The notes: generated from the sequence alone by a model not told the origin. A stretch of DNA of 64,000 bases from Gnetum montanum (GCA_015680685.1 MNCI01002813.1:551259-615258); one strand, 5' to 3'; shown: positions 12,900 through 27,300, numbered from the stretch's first letter. Program-made: numbers and translations.

Positions 12900-15800
12900 G
12901 ATTCTTTTTGGGGCACATTTTCAGCAAAGAGATCACTTAATAGAAATAAAGAAGAAATTCTTTGAACCTTTTCTATGATCTTTTTCAACATAGATCATTA
13001 GAGTAGTAGACCTTGTAGCAACATTGATTGTAGTGTAGATCAATCAAAAGTGAAGTGTAGATCCAAGTGCATAACACGTCATGCATCTTATCCTAGTTAT
13101 TTAAAGATATTTTCTATTCTTAGGCTTTTTTAGAGCCTTGATGTGTAACTTCCTAAACCTCTATTTTACAAAAAAAATTTACAATATTAAATACAAAACT
13201 TTGTAGTTGTTTTTTTATCATATTTTTGCACATTTTATACATCTCTCATTCTATTCTAGAGTCTTGTGCTATATTATCTTTTGATATATTTTAGTTTGTT
13301 TATATTTTATCTCACTCAGTAATAGATTTTGAAGTTCTTAAGTAATCAGCAAGACCATTTAAGGTGTCCCAAATCCTTCCAAGGCCCATTGATCTTGGGG
13401 TTAAAATTATTTTGCATAGATTTTTTTGATTTTACAACATTGATTTTTTTGTTGCTACAATTTTCTACTATTAGAAGGAGGACCTTCGTCTAACTTCTCA
13501 TCCTGAAACCTATTTGAAAAATTCTCTACCTATTTTTGCCACATGACAATAGTTTATTTGATAAGCCAAAATTTATTTTGTATTTTCTTGAAATTTAGCA
13601 TTTTACTTCATGGCCAATTTTACAAGTATAACTCTAAAAAGTTAATTAAAAATTTATTTTTCTCTATTTTGCTATTATAGTGCACAATGCTTCCCCTATT
13701 CCCTACACTATACAATTTTACAATTATTCTTATCGTTGTAGTATGCAAAGTCTTCCATGCTCCCTGTGTTCATTGTTTTCTACATATGTGTTTTTACAAA
13801 ATTTTTCTCATACATGTTATAGCCTTATTTTATTTGTTATTAGTGTTGGCATGCTAGAAAAAATTAAGGGTTTAGTTGTAGTTATATTTTATTTTTTTCC
13901 CTCAATTTACATATGCTTTAGCCAAATGTGCTATGCTCATATAAGTTGCAACCTCATACATTGCAGTCTTATACGCTATGAAGCTTCACATGCTATGAAG
14001 CCTTACATGTTATAGCCTTATATGCTACAATCTTACACACTATACACTTTACATGTTGTGAATTCTTACACATTGCAATCTCTAGACATTGTAGCTCCAC
14101 ATGCTATGAGCCTTATACACTATAGATTTATACACTACAAGCTTATATGCTATAAAGTACAACTTGTCTTAAACCTTGAAAGCCTTCATCATGTTGATCA
14201 ATTAATTGGTCTCTTGCATTTTATGCCTTTTGTTTAACTATCATATCATACCACATTTTTTCCATGGCCATGAATAAGGAATTCACTAGCATCTATGATC
14301 CTAAGGACCCAATTGTAATGGAGCATAGGCAATCTATTAGGCTTATAGGATGTAACCCTATATACACCAACATTACTGATGAGTACTATAATTGAATATG
14401 TGCAAAAATCCAAGCTGATTTGCCAATCCCATATTAGGTGTTAGACATCAAGCATGATTTTGAGTTTATTCATAGGAATGGAATGAAGTATGTCCCCTCC
14501 CCATATGACAAAATCAAACTTTTAGAAATTTACATTAAATTGTTATACCAAATGATAATGTTGATGAGGAAGCTGTTATGAGTGAGGAGGGTAGTTTAGA
14601 ACAGGACCAAGAGAATTAGGATGGGTTTCGGGGATACTATGACAATGATGCTAATGAGGAGGAACCCATACAATAATCCATGTCTAACTTATTTATAAAT
14701 AATCCTTTATATTTCAAACTTTTAAGTTGGTTTCCCATGTCTCCTCCACATTTACATCTCTCTCATTTGTGATCCAACCTTGTTCCACATAGCCACCACA
14801 TAGTGTTCCCTTAATGCCACCCCCATTCATCATCTCAACAAGTCCTTCTTTGGGCCTCAAGTTCTTCCAAGTTCTTTTAACTCCATTGTTACCTTTATCC
14901 TATAAATTAATGCTTAAACATAATTTTTCCTCTTCAACCCCTCTATAGTAATGGATAAATGACCTTTCCAAAGTATTCTATAACCCATTGCATAACCTCA
15001 ACCTATCAAACCATTCATCCAACTACTGGTGTAGCTAGTCATACAACCAACATACCTTGCATGAGCATCCCAAAGCATGGACCAAGCTTTTTGATAGATC
15101 GTAAACTTTATAGATAAATTGAAAAAGCTTAAGATCAACACCTCTCAAATAGTAAAGTCCATGGACTTTTACAAGGATGATCCCATCACTCCTACTATCA
15201 CAAAAATAACTCTTCTTGTAGGCATCCCAATTCCTTACTTTACCAAATATAATGATGAAGGAGACCCTAACATTCAATTGATGCAAGCTTGATCATATAC
15301 CATGCTACATGTATTTCCCATATCCCTAACAAAAAAATCCTTAAACTAGTGCTGAGAACTACTTATAGGGTCTATCTCTTCTTTAAATGACTTGGTAAAC
15401 TAGTTCATTAACCATCTCAAGTATAACTTGAGCCTAAAATAATGCCAGGTCAACTTATCAAAGTGAGATAGGGGTCTCTTGAAACCATCCAAAAGTTCAT
15501 ATAGATAAAGAATGATATGCTTAATGAGATACCCAAATCCATATTTGAAACATACCTTTTATCCATTTTCAAGGGGAGTAGTTAATGACTTTATCAAATC
15601 CAAGCTTTATTATGTAGATCCCTCAAAACTCAGTCAAGAACATAGAGGATGTAGTAGAAGCTAGCAATGACCCTACCTACATAACCTACAAAAATCATCA
15701 TATGAAATGTGATAGGGACAAGGACAAATAAGCACATCTAGCCATGGCCATGGTTACCAAAGAACCTAAATCAATGCAAGGATCAAAGACAACACAACCT

Positions 15801-16320
15801 AAGGCCCTTGCCACTACTCCTCAACCATCAACATTTGATGCTCCTGTGTCTAACCCTCCAGATCCTAACTTTGAGTGGAAAGATCAGTCTAAGTACATAA
15901 AACTCCCTATGAAACCATCATAGCTTCTTACCTAGCTACTTAGAAGTATCTATATCTAACTTAAACAATTGTCTAAGAATTCTTTCAAGAGGCATGATCA
16001 TCTTTGTGAAATCACTATGGACCCCACCACAACCATGAAATATGATTCTCCTATGCCTATGTACTACAAGTTAGATAGATTCTATCACTATCATAGGCTT
16101 CCTAGCCATTATATGAATTTTTTCTTAGCCTTAAAAGATAATAAATAGTGGGAAGCTATTTATAGATGCATATAATCTAGTTTGGCCTCACAGTCAACAA
16201 ATGTAGGTGTACAAGGACCCTCTTAATAATAATAATGATCTATTTACCATTACCACATTCAATGTATATGATAAGCCTAATACTACTAGGGCACCATTTA
16301 TAGTTTGTTTACCTTCTCAT
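12900..16320 (+). mobile_element. Tat/Ogre-like family copy A: LTR 3' end, decayed tRNA-Asn PBS, 5' leader and decayed gag; cut at 16321 by an LTR
   Basis: LTR end ttgatttttttgttgctaca (13459) matches copy D ttgacttttttggttgctata (45726). PBS remnant tattagaaggagg. gag homologous to B/D/E (ttaatgactttatcaaatccaagctttattatg at ~15582; NFEWKDQSKY; zinc-knuckle remnant FYHYHRLPSH at ~16080). Left boundary approximate. Confidence 0.8.
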
Positions 16321-17639
16321 TGAGGACCAAGAACTTAGAAGTGGGGGATGAATAAGTTCTCAAAATCACAAGAAACACCTATTACACAAAACAAAAGAAT
16401 TATGTCGTTCCCCTAATTAGGTAGTCCACACTCAAAGGGTAGTTTCCTTGCACACCTTTAGACCTTGTTTCCTCCAAAATCTAGTTTAGAGGACACCACA
16501 ACCTTTACAAAGTTTGAGCTCTACTACAAAAATTTTTGTCACTATGATGACTCTTAGCCCCATAAGGTCCCAACAAGCTCAAGAGTGGTTTAAACGATCC
16601 TACAACCTATACAAAATAGAGCTCCACTATAGAGTATTTTGATGCAGCAAAACAACTCAATCCCATAGGATTCTAACAAGTTCCAAAAGGATGCCTTCTT
16701 ACAAGAATCACATCAACCCATTAGGATAGCAAGAAAATAAAAAGAATCACAAGGAAAGAGTATAACTCAACTTAAAAATTCTAGGGATAATGAATTAGAG
16801 TTCTAGAATAAATCTAACAAATGATGTGACAATTCAAGAACACAAGTACAACAACATAAGATAGAAAATGATAGCTTTGATGTTGACAATGCTTTACCTA
16901 ATACTCAAGAGTTTGAAGTCTATCTATAGCCTTGGGGTTTCTAAAAATACCTTAGAATTCATGCAACAACTATTCAACTACTAGTGTAGACATCTACTTT
17001 GAGAATGTGTCATTTATCACAAGGATCAATAATCTATAAAATTAAGGTATATAAGTCTATAAAAATTTACCATAAAACTAATCGTATTTGTGCTTTGTAA
17101 AAGGCACTTTTTATTGGTCATCACACATCCAAAAAGAACCAAGTAAACATTATTCATGGTTTCTTATTTTTAAACTTCTAATATGATCCAAATGAATAAA
17201 CTCATTAAAACTATATGTGATGCATTGTAAAATTTCCTATGTTATAATTTAAGAGAAAAGGTTAAAATCCTAACCTTGAAAACCTTTAAAATAAAAGGAG
17301 ATCTTATTGATACTTTCATCTTAGTTTCCCAAGCATGGGTATGAAACAAACAAAGATCTTTTCTTGTGCCTAGTCTCCACTTAGTAAGGGCTAGACCCCT
17401 AGCTTTGGAAAAAAAAGGTGCCATCACTAAATCAAAAAAAAGTGTACAACCATTAGGAAAAACCAACACTTGCACAACCTATCTCAATACATGATCTAGC
17501 AATCCAATTATAGATGTGGTAAATCACTAGTAAATCAAAACCTAAAAGGAATCCCAAATAAACTAAATTAAAAGCATTATTTAACAACATTTTATACTAC
17601 CTCAAGAACTAAGAAGCCAAAGGTTCTAAACATCCAACA
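16321..17639 (-). mobile_element. Probable solo/orphan LTR in minus orientation
   Basis: Minus strand begins TGTTGGATG (17639) and ends ...ttattcatcccccacttct...cctCA (16321), resembling the CTATTCACCCCCCTCT 3' end of SIRE/Maximus-type LTRs. Internal homology to 7950-8290. No clear TSD. Confidence 0.55.
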
Positions 17640-17999
17640 AGGAAAGTAACTACTAAGTGACTAATGTAAAGGATAAATTCTAATTTACTAATACAACATA
17701 ATAACCATAATTATTTTGCATTATTATTGCAAATTCAAAAAATCACTATTCATGTTATTAATAATAACCTAGAAATGGATTGTAATGATTTGTTCCTATA
17801 AATAGAATCTAGTTTTAATAAAGTAGATGCTTGGCTATTTAGGAAATTCTATAGATTGGGGAGAAAAGAAATATATGATCAAGAAATATCAAAATTATTT
17901 ATAATTCTTTATAATCTTTTTCATGGCTTTCAAATATGACTAGAAAAAAATGGAAAATAATCTAGATTCTTATAGCAAGAGAATAGAAATATTGTTTTG

Positions 18000-20900
18000 G
18001 TGATTATACTTATGTTGAGAGTGAGAGAGAGTAGGAGTTGGTAGTAAGCATGAGAATAGGATTTTCAGTGATACAAGAGGTGAGACATGGGACTTCGATG
18101 GGAGAGAACGTGAGTGGGAGTAGGCATAGGAATAGGAGCAAGTGTGGTATAGGAGGTTAGATGTGGGACACCAATAGGAAGGATATGATCCATGATGGGG
18201 CTAGTGGGACCTTGGGCAGTAGTGAGTTACTAGCGTCAATGGGCTGGGTCAATTGACAAGGGAGATGGGGGTTACTAGAGGTGGTTCTAGTCAAGCATCT
18301 TCTATTTAGGGTTGTAAAGTTATCAGGATCAAGAAGTATGTGTGGGAGGAGGGGTCTATGCACCTACAAATTGTAGTAATGCCACATGAAGGGGTGTAGA
18401 CTTTAAAACATAGCCTTATTATTAAGTGTGTGTTTGTAGGTATAGGCCCAAAGTTAGAGGTGATCAACTAAAGGATGGTAGTGTAATGGAATTTCTACTA
18501 GGTGAGGGTGAAGATCCTACCTAGGAACCTACTCCTGTTCATATTTCTGATGATGTTTGACAAGGACCAGGTCCTATTGTAGAGGCCTTGGTTCTTTTGT
18601 GCCAAAGGGTTCAATTTGACCTAGTGAAAGCCAAGGATGCAGAGGGATCCCAACCTATTCTCATGTGCACCACTATGGATTCAGGCATTAGGGATATCTT
18701 GGGAACTATGGATCTCATGGTTCCTAAGGGCATTTTCCAATTTGTTTAAGGAGTTCATTTCATTTGACTAGCCCATGATACCCATGGACAAGCTAGGTTA
18801 CACTCAGCTTAGTATCTGGTGGTATTTTTCCTTAAAATATTTAGTTAAGGAAGTGACCCTAGGACTCTCCTTAAGGAATGATAAAATCTAGATGGAATAC
18901 AAAAACATGATGACCGAGGGGATCTTGGCCATTTCAATGTAGGGGCTCTATGGAAATTGTAGGAAAGGGGGGCATGCAATTTCAGATTGTAGGATGTCAT
19001 CCAAACCTAAGGGGTTGAAGTAGATAGTTGATGGGTGGACTCAAGTGACCAAGAAGGGGGACTAGGTTTAATGCTAAGGCCTAGGGGTCCCATAGAAGTT
19101 ACCTATGATAGGTGGAGGTGCTAGCAATGATCCAAATCTACCTAGCATGGTGGGGAAAGTTTGATGATGGGAGGAGGAATCAATGGGAATGCTACCAAAG
19201 ATGGTGAATATCATTGAGAAGGATAAGTTGGATAGGAGTTTGGGGACAAGTTGCCCAATGATGCACATGGTTGCAGAAGGAGGGAAGAAATTGACATTGT
19301 TGATTAGGGTTCTCTCTAGTCATGGCATTGAGGTTGGAGGAGGAAGCCAAGGTGGGATGCTCCAGGGTCACCCATTTTAGTTAGGCCTTCCTCACCTTGG
19401 GTGTCCTTCAAGACTTTGAGTGGAGGTATCTAACCTCATTTGGGGAGTTAGATCAATATTCTTAGGGAAAGTCCCATGTCTTCTCTATTCAATGTGGTGG
19501 GGGTAGCCTAAAACCAGAGGAGGGATTCATGGTCTCCCTCAAGCCTACTAAAGCTAGCAAATCTTCAAGCATGGTTTCTTTGGGAAAGAAGTCTTAGAAG
19601 GAGGTTGACCTAGGGATTTAGTGGACCATCCAAGAGGTTTACAAGAAGAATTCCATTGGTGAACCATGAGAATCCTCTAATGGAATTATAGGGGTTTCAT
19701 ACCCCCTTCAAATATAATGCCCATAGACATTTGGTTTGTAAGGAATGATGTGATGTTTTGTGTCTATAGGAGATGAAGATGCTATTGAACAAATGCAAAT
19801 GGCTCAATTGGCAAGGTTGGAGAACATTTTTAGTGGGTTACCAAGGAGGTGCAGGGGATGTGGTGGTTCTATCTTAGTGATCATTTGACATCGTAGATAT
19901 TTTAGATTGGAGTATATCTATTTGAATTTCAATGGGGATGGTGCTTATGATCTTCTATGGGACTCAAAAATGTAAAGAGAGGCTTTGTAAGCTATAGAGG
20001 ATTGCTACACTGGTGCTTGACAAGAAGCAATGGATTTTGGTTGGGGATTTCAAGTAGAGATTGTTTACTTGGAAGAAGTCTGATGGGGGTCTACAAGATC
20101 TACAAAGGGCTCAATCATTCATTCAGTTCCTAATGGTTCATGGATTGGTGAATATGGAAATTAGGGGATGCTAGTTTACATGGTGCAATGTACATAAAGA
20201 GGTAGCCTAGGTAATGAACAATATTGATTGAGTTTGGGTGGAATTGGCCCTTCTCTTGTAATAGAGTATGATTGTTTGGAGTCTAGGGTCGGTGGCTTCG
20301 GATCACATATCATTCATCTTCTAAATTCTACTAGTAATTATAAAGATAAGAGAGAGGAGAGAAGAAAAGTAGGGGAAAAAAGAAAAGGGGAGAGTGTATA
20401 TCCATAAGAGAGAAAAAGAAAGCTCAATCACAAGGGATGTGATTAAAAATGAACATTAGCAAAAGAAGACTATGGCTGAAACAACAAATGAAAAATAAAA
20501 AGATGATTGTGGCTGAAGAAGAAGATGAACAACAACAATAAAATATTTTAGATGAAGCAAAAAATGGATGGAGTATTAAATTTTTCTAAGAGTTTATGAT
20601 CCTTCTTGGATAGAACATGGTGGATGCTCTCAACTTGATGTTGGTGAGACAATAGGTTAGATGGAAGCTTAACTATTCTAGGATTATGATTATCCCCAAG
20701 CAACCTAATCTATTAGATCCAATGCACTTTAGACTATTAGGGCCTATACTATGTTGATCTGGATCCTTTCAAAGATGTTGATGCATTGTTTAGTTTCTGT
20801 CATGTTGAAGCTAGTTGGGGAACACTAGGTGGGATTTATTCAAGATTATTTATTCATGTAGGAAGCTATTTGTTCCATGAGGGAAGCCAAATTTCTAGGG

Positions 20901-21645
20901 GTGTGCCTAAAACTCAATATTACAAAGGCCTATGATATGGTGAGTTGGGAGGCCTTATCCATAATTATGATCAATAAATGCTTTGATCCAAATTTTATTA
21001 CTTTTTGCATATACATATAGGCTTATAGGGCATTTTCCTTTGATGTTGGGGGGAGGTTTTGGCATGTTCTCTTTCATTGATAGAGGACTAAGCTGAGGGG
21101 AGCTACTTTCTCCTTTTCTTTTCATCATTGAAATGGATACTCTAAAATCTTATTACAAGGACAAGGACATTTAGGAGCTTTAGATTGTAGGGTTCAAATT
21201 TCTAGCTAAGCATTACAGTAATGATACCATGCTACTTTCCAAGGTGACGTTTACATATGTGCTATAGATTGGTGGGCTCTTCAATGCATGGCCCTAAAGA
21301 TTGGTCCAAAGATTAATTAGGGGAAATTTTTACTCCATTTAAACAACATTAATGCCAAGGTAGAAAGTCATATTTCACAAGTGCTAGGAATCTTACATGG
21401 CATCATGCAAGATTCTTATTTGGATATCCCCCACTTTGAATGGGGGAGGAAACATACATGGAACAAGTTGGTGCAAAAGATGGAAGCTTGAGTTAGGTAC
21501 TAGAATAACCATTTTTGAATTAGGAAAGGCAAGATTGTCCTTGCTTTACAAGTCCTTTTTGCAATCATAAGGTTTATGGCCTTGGTGGCTTCTTCCTCAT
21601 AGGTCATTATTTAGAGGATTAATTAGGTAATGCATGATTTATTTG
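18000..21645 (+). mobile_element. Decayed L1-clade LINE (ORF1 + ORF2 endonuclease/RT), runs into N gap
   Basis: ORF1 zinc knuckle YGNCRKGGHAISDC (~18949-18990). ORF2 start MRIL*WNYRG (19666), WILVGDF (20031), ASDH (~20295). RT IPKQ..FR, KLNITKAYDMVSW (~20909), RGLS*GELLSPFLF (~21082), HYSNDT for YADD (~21211). An AT/purine-rich insert at ~20335-20590 replaces part of the EN-RT linker. Confidence 0.9.
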
Positions 21646-22572
21646 NNNNNNNNNNNNNNNNNNNNNNNNNNNNNNNNNNNNNNNNNNNNNNNNNNNNNNN
21701 NNNNNNNNNNNNNNNNNNNNNNNNNNNNNNNNNNNNNNNNNNNNNNNNNNNNNNNNNNNNNNNNNNNNNNNNNNNNNNNNNNNNNNNNNNNNNNNNNNNN
21801 NNNNNNNNNNNNNNNNNNNNNNNNNNNNNNNNNNNNNNNNNNNNNNNNNNNNNNNNNNNNNNNNNNNNNNNNNNNNNNNNNNNNNNNNNNNNNNNNNNNN
21901 NNNNNNNNNNNNNNNNNNNNNNNNNNNNNNNNNNNNNNNNNNNNNNNNNNNNNNNNNNNNNNNNNNNNNNNNNNNNNNNNNNNNNNNNNNNNNNNNNNNN
22001 NNNNNNNNNNNNNNNNNNNNNNNNNNNNNNNNNNNNNNNNNNNNNNNNNNNNNNNNNNNNNNNNNNNNNNNNNNNNNNNNNNNNNNNNNNNNNNNNNNNN
22101 NNNNNNNNNNNNNNNNNNNNNNNNNNNNNNNNNNNNNNNNNNNNNNNNNNNNNNNNNNNNNNNNNNNNNNNNNNNNNNNNNNNNNNNNNNNNNNNNNNNN
22201 NNNNNNNNNNNNNNNNNNNNNNNNNNNNNNNNNNNNNNNNNNNNNNNNNNNNNNNNNNNNNNNNNNNNNNNNNNNNNNNNNNNNNNNNNNNNNNNNNNNN
22301 NNNNNNNNNNNNNNNNNNNNNNNNNNNNNNNNNNNNNNNNNNNNNNNNNNNNNNNNNNNNNNNNNNNNNNNNNNNNNNNNNNNNNNNNNNNNNNNNNNNN
22401 NNNNNNNNNNNNNNNNNNNNNNNNNNNNNNNNNNNNNNNNNNNNNNNNNNNNNNNNNNNNNNNNNNNNNNNNNNNNNNNNNNNNNNNNNNNNNNNNNNNN
22501 NNNNNNNNNNNNNNNNNNNNNNNNNNNNNNNNNNNNNNNNNNNNNNNNNNNNNNNNNNNNNNNNNNNNNNNN
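21646..22572. other. Assembly gap (N run)
   Basis: Run of n followed by poly-C. Confidence 0.99.
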
Positions 22573-23477
22573 CCCCCCCCCCCCCCCTTAGCACAATGTA
22601 CAAAATATATCTTGATTATGCATTTTTTCACATTGTTTAGTAATATAATCTTGAGCATTTTCTCAAAAAGAAAAACAAATGAACAATAGAAAGATGATGG
22701 ATAAAAGAGAAGAAAAAAAATAAAAGAATATTGTGGTTGAAACAATAAATAAACACCAACATAAGAAGGTTGTGGCTAAAGAAAAGAAGAGTGACTAGGA
22801 AATATTGTGACTACTAGAAAAAATAGCAAATTAAAATGAAATTCAAGCTAAGTAGTAGTCCAATATTGCAATTACTTGTTTTTTGTAAGTAAGAAATCTA
22901 AATAAGAAGTCAAATAAATCCTTCTTTTGCTATGTATAATGAATAGCATTGGCTAATAATCTTTATATCTCAGCTCTTCTCCTTTGTTTGCCTTGAATAT
23001 ATTTTTATTTTAGAATCAACTTTGATAAAATTTTTTATTGAGATCTTGGATTGTTAGAATTCTTAATTTTGTTAATGGATATCTCCACCCATGCTCTACA
23101 CTATTAGGCCCAAATGACTTGGATGAAAGCTATTTTGTAATAATTTAGAAATGTCCTTAATGATTTGAGGCATATTGGCATAATGATTTGCCAACAAGGG
23201 CCAAGGATCCATTACATGAGAATTGGTACCATTGACATAAAGTAAGACTATCCTTGGAGGCATGTCTATTTTTTACTTTTCTAAAATTTATAGAATTGTT
23301 GAATTCTTGATTTTTTGCTAGAAAATTAGTTGATGATTCCCTTGAGTGCTTAATCATTGGATTTAAATTTTGATTCTTATTTGTGTATCCTCTTGAGTAT
23401 GACTTTGTTATCTTTCTATGAGTCCAATAAAGCAAGGGTGATGAGTGGTGAGGTACCCCTACACTCAACCATATGAA

Positions 23478-24395
23478 ATGAGCATAGCACGTGCGATCTG
23501 ATCGAACTCCGCAGACTAAATGCCTAAACGCCACAAGGAACACTTGGGGTTAATTATTCGTTGTCTTCCCAGACTTGTTGTTGTCACAGTGTATGGTTAA
23601 GTAAGTCCAAGGTATATGATTTTCTTGGTATTTTACAATTTATCTCCTATGCTAAAAGGTGAAGGGTTGAGGAGCTAAAACTAACTCTAACTACAACACT
23701 AAGTCCTAGCATCATCATCCATTCCCACTTGCCGTACATACCCTAAACTGTGCAACTATGGCTACCAAACGCTAATCATTACTGGGATTACCACATGTAG
23801 CACATGTGCTCGAAGCGGTCGTACTGAGGCACTTAACTAATCTAAGTGTGACAAGCAGTCGATTCCTTGACTAGCCGTACACATCCGTAGATGCTCATAA
23901 TCAAGTCGTACTTGTCCCATGTTCTAGGAGGTATGGGTGAGAGAATCTACTCGCGATGAGTAGCCGATTCCTTGGCTAGTCGTACACATTTGTCAACTCT
24001 CGTAACCAAGTCGTAATCATGCCACGTTACTAGGAAAGCAATAAATAACATTAATTAAACCTATCCATGCACTGCAAGGTTTATATGCAAAGCTCATCTT
24101 TATTGGTATACATAACTTGTGTTCAGGTACAATGCTGCTCGAATAAAGAACTGTTCACTTAGGGGACTCCTACTGTGGGCACATGGAAAATATCCTATCT
24201 CTAGGGTGATCAATCTGCTAGAGCTTTGCTACTTTACATCTAGGATGTGAAATGAGGGGAGTGCCGCCTCTTATTTATAGATTTAATAGTGGACCACGAT
24301 ATCGCATACGCAATATCATAGGAAACGATGTGATATCGCGTACGCAATATCGTAGGGGATGCGATATCATGGCCTGTGTAATTTACGTCTCATCA
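23478..24395 (-). mobile_element. 3' LTR (~0.92 kb) of Athila-like element F
   Basis: On the minus strand the PPT ggcatgggggta is followed directly by TGATGAG (24395). Ends ...gctatgctCA (23478). TATAAATA at 24279-24272. Internal ~105-bp direct repeat (~23855-23930 vs ~23960-24035). Confidence 0.7.
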
Positions 24396-27300
24396 TACCC
24401 CCATGCCTAAATGAAAAATCATCCTTGAGTTCCTTACAATAATATCAGGTGGGTATGGGATCATTGAGGAAAATGGAACTAATGGAATGACATGTGAATA
24501 GTTCATTATTACAAGACTTGACAAAATTGGTGTTCATGACAACAAGGGTGAACACCTTATTACAATGACATCAGGCCACATTTGGTAACTAAGAGAAAAG
24601 AGGAGAGAGAATAGAAGAGAAGAAGAGAGAAGAGTCTTGCTGCTGCCAATGCCTAGATTTCACCTTTCATTGTCCATCCGTAAGTGCATCATCAATCTTA
24701 CACCTTACATAGTTGCTTTAGCGCTGCTCCATTCCAAGTGTTTGCTCCAAATCTGGTTCGTTGTTGTATGATTTCCATCTGCATACACAACACAATCATA
24801 TATTAGCAAGGGTAATTGAATCATTAAGTAAATAATACCTTGCTTTGGTGTAAGTCCATTGGCTAGGTTGTGGTATGGATGATATGGATCCGCGAATATG
24901 TAGGTGATGGCTACTGAAGGTGTAGGGGTTAGGAAGAGAAATGAAAAAATTTGGGGCTTAGGAGAAAAATCAAAAAATCAGGCCCTGTACCCCCATGACT
25001 AATCACGAACCTTCGATAGTGTTAGAATGGAGAAAGAAAAGGAGTAAGAAAGATAGGTAAAAAGGGACAACTATGGCATCAATGAAAGGGATGTCAAGAT
25101 GGGAATGAACAAAATAATAATTAATTGCAAAACGTTAAGGAAAAGAAGTTAACTAATACTCCAAATAGGAATGTCAGTGGGTCCTCTCCAAAGCAGGCTC
25201 ATGCCATTAATGCCTTGACAACCCCACATTCAAAGAGTCCATAGGCTCTGGGAATGTCCTTTGGAACAGGAGTTAAAGTCTTAACTGCAAGAATTTACCA
25301 AAAAGAAAAAAATGCATCAACCAAAGTATCTACACTAATGATACAACTAGCAATGAGGTGACCAATGGAGAGAAGGATGAAAAGAAGAGGAGGGAATGGA
25401 ATCCTAAGTACAAGGTGGTGTACAAATCCTTGTGTGTTTTATGATTAATGTGACTTGGTAAATCTCATTCCAACTCTGGGCTCAAACCAACCACTTCCAA
25501 TGACTTCGCATCAATGCATTCGGCTAAACCATCCACTTGGATAACAAGGATGCATCTTTGAAGAGCCACCACCATTCCGATGAAACAAAAGAGAGAACGG
25601 GAAGAGAGAAGGGCCTTAGTTAGAGGGAACACTTTGGTTCCATAACCAGTGCTTGTAGTCCAAACGTTATTTCATCTAAGGGGTGTGCTTTGAATCCTCA
25701 CTTTGGTTTTTTTTTTTGTGTTTTGTGTTTTTATGTGTGGGGACCATACCATGCAAATAATTCTTATTTTTATTGTCTTAGCTTCTAATTATTGGGTCAC
25801 ATCAGAATGGTAAGGAAACTCAAGAAGAGAACAGCCAAGCACCCAAGAGAATGACCAACACAAAAGCATCAAGTTCCTTTGAAGTCACACCCTTTGCAAT
25901 CCTTGAGTCCTTCCTTAGTTTGAGAAATACCCAGTCACCGATTTGTTAAAGTTATTATTATAAGGGAACTATACATTTCCAAGCCAAGGTAAACCATAGA
26001 AATTACTGGATGGATGGATGAAGTGATCTCATTGCTTGCCATATCAAAAGGAACATACCTTAGCATCAACATTGTAACTTAAAGGTAAAAACCAAACATT
26101 AGAAATCAATATGAAAATAGTTCATACCATTGGCCTGAACACTTATTAGGTGATGAACTTATAGGGTGGATGACACACACACACACACACACACAAAATA
26201 GAAAAGTACAACGATGTTGTAAAACAAAAACATGAAAAGTCAAAGAATGTTGTAAAACAAAAATTAGAAAAGTTAAAGAAATTTGTAAAATAAAAATGTG
26301 TAAAACAAAAATGTGTAAAAAAAACTAAAAAAGAATTGATGGCCCCATATCGTTAGCATAGGTGGCCATCTCCCCCATGACTGAGTTGTAAGGGAGAGAT
26401 CCGAAATANNNNNNNNNNGTTGTAGAGTTTCTTGGGCACACCTGTGACATGGAGACATTTCCTCCATGTCATCACCCAATGAATCACTATATGTGATGCA
26501 TGGAACTATCCTGTTCTCGATCTTTCCACATATGTTTATCTTAGAGATTTCCAAGGAAAGATCGTGGATCCTAAGGCATGCGTCTACTGTTCTTAGCCAT
26601 GCCCTTCCCATTATAATTGGGAAGTCCCCTTCATTGTTGTTCACTTCAATCACTAGAAAGTCAGCTAGGTAGGACCAACCACACACAATGGTAATAAAAT
26701 TCTCCACCAATCCTAAGGGAATGGTGATGGACTGGTTCGCCAGCTCTAGTTGGATGTTTCTCTTCTTAAGTTGTAGTAGGTTCCAGGTGTGATACATCTT
26801 TTGTGAAATTAATTTGACTCTGGAACTTGAGTTAAGAAGAGCTTGATGTGGTGCATTTCCAGTGATCTGTAAATAAATAAAGGGACTCCCAGGGTCAGTT
26901 AGTTTCCTGGAAAGGTGGCCTACCTTGAACCAGTCAGTTACGGTATGTGTTAACATAACTGAATGCATTACGCTCTTTTGGACTGAAGGGTTCTCTGAAG
27001 TGTTAGTGGTTAGAGGCTTATACATGTACCCATATGCTTGTTGTTACGAGAGTTTGTCTGGGCTCCTAGTTCTGAAAAAGGGTCTCTTCTTTGTACAGTT
27101 GTCATCAGAACTAGCACCCGGTTGGTTATTTACATGTTGAATATTTATAGCTCTTGTGGCATTATGTTGTTGCAATTAGGTAGGAAATTCCCCTTGCATT
27201 GTTGAAATAGGTTGTATGGGAACTACGAAAGGAAGAGGTGCATGTGGAGTTAGAGGATGGACCGAACGTGAGATATCTCCTGGAGGAGAAGGAGTCCTCC

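Noticed and set aside
20335-20590. Purine-rich insert in the LINE, similar to 22660-22830, as a distinct mobile element
   Set aside because: The similarity is real but low-complexity, and no termini or TSD could be defined.
21623-22745. Four 326-368 aa ORFs
   Set aside because: Artefacts of the N gap (poly-X).
24640-24915. Possible small spliced ORF in the 3' region of element F (aag|gtatta ... tgcag|atg)
   Set aside because: Only a ~60-nt intron and a ~33-aa product; not distinguishable from chance.
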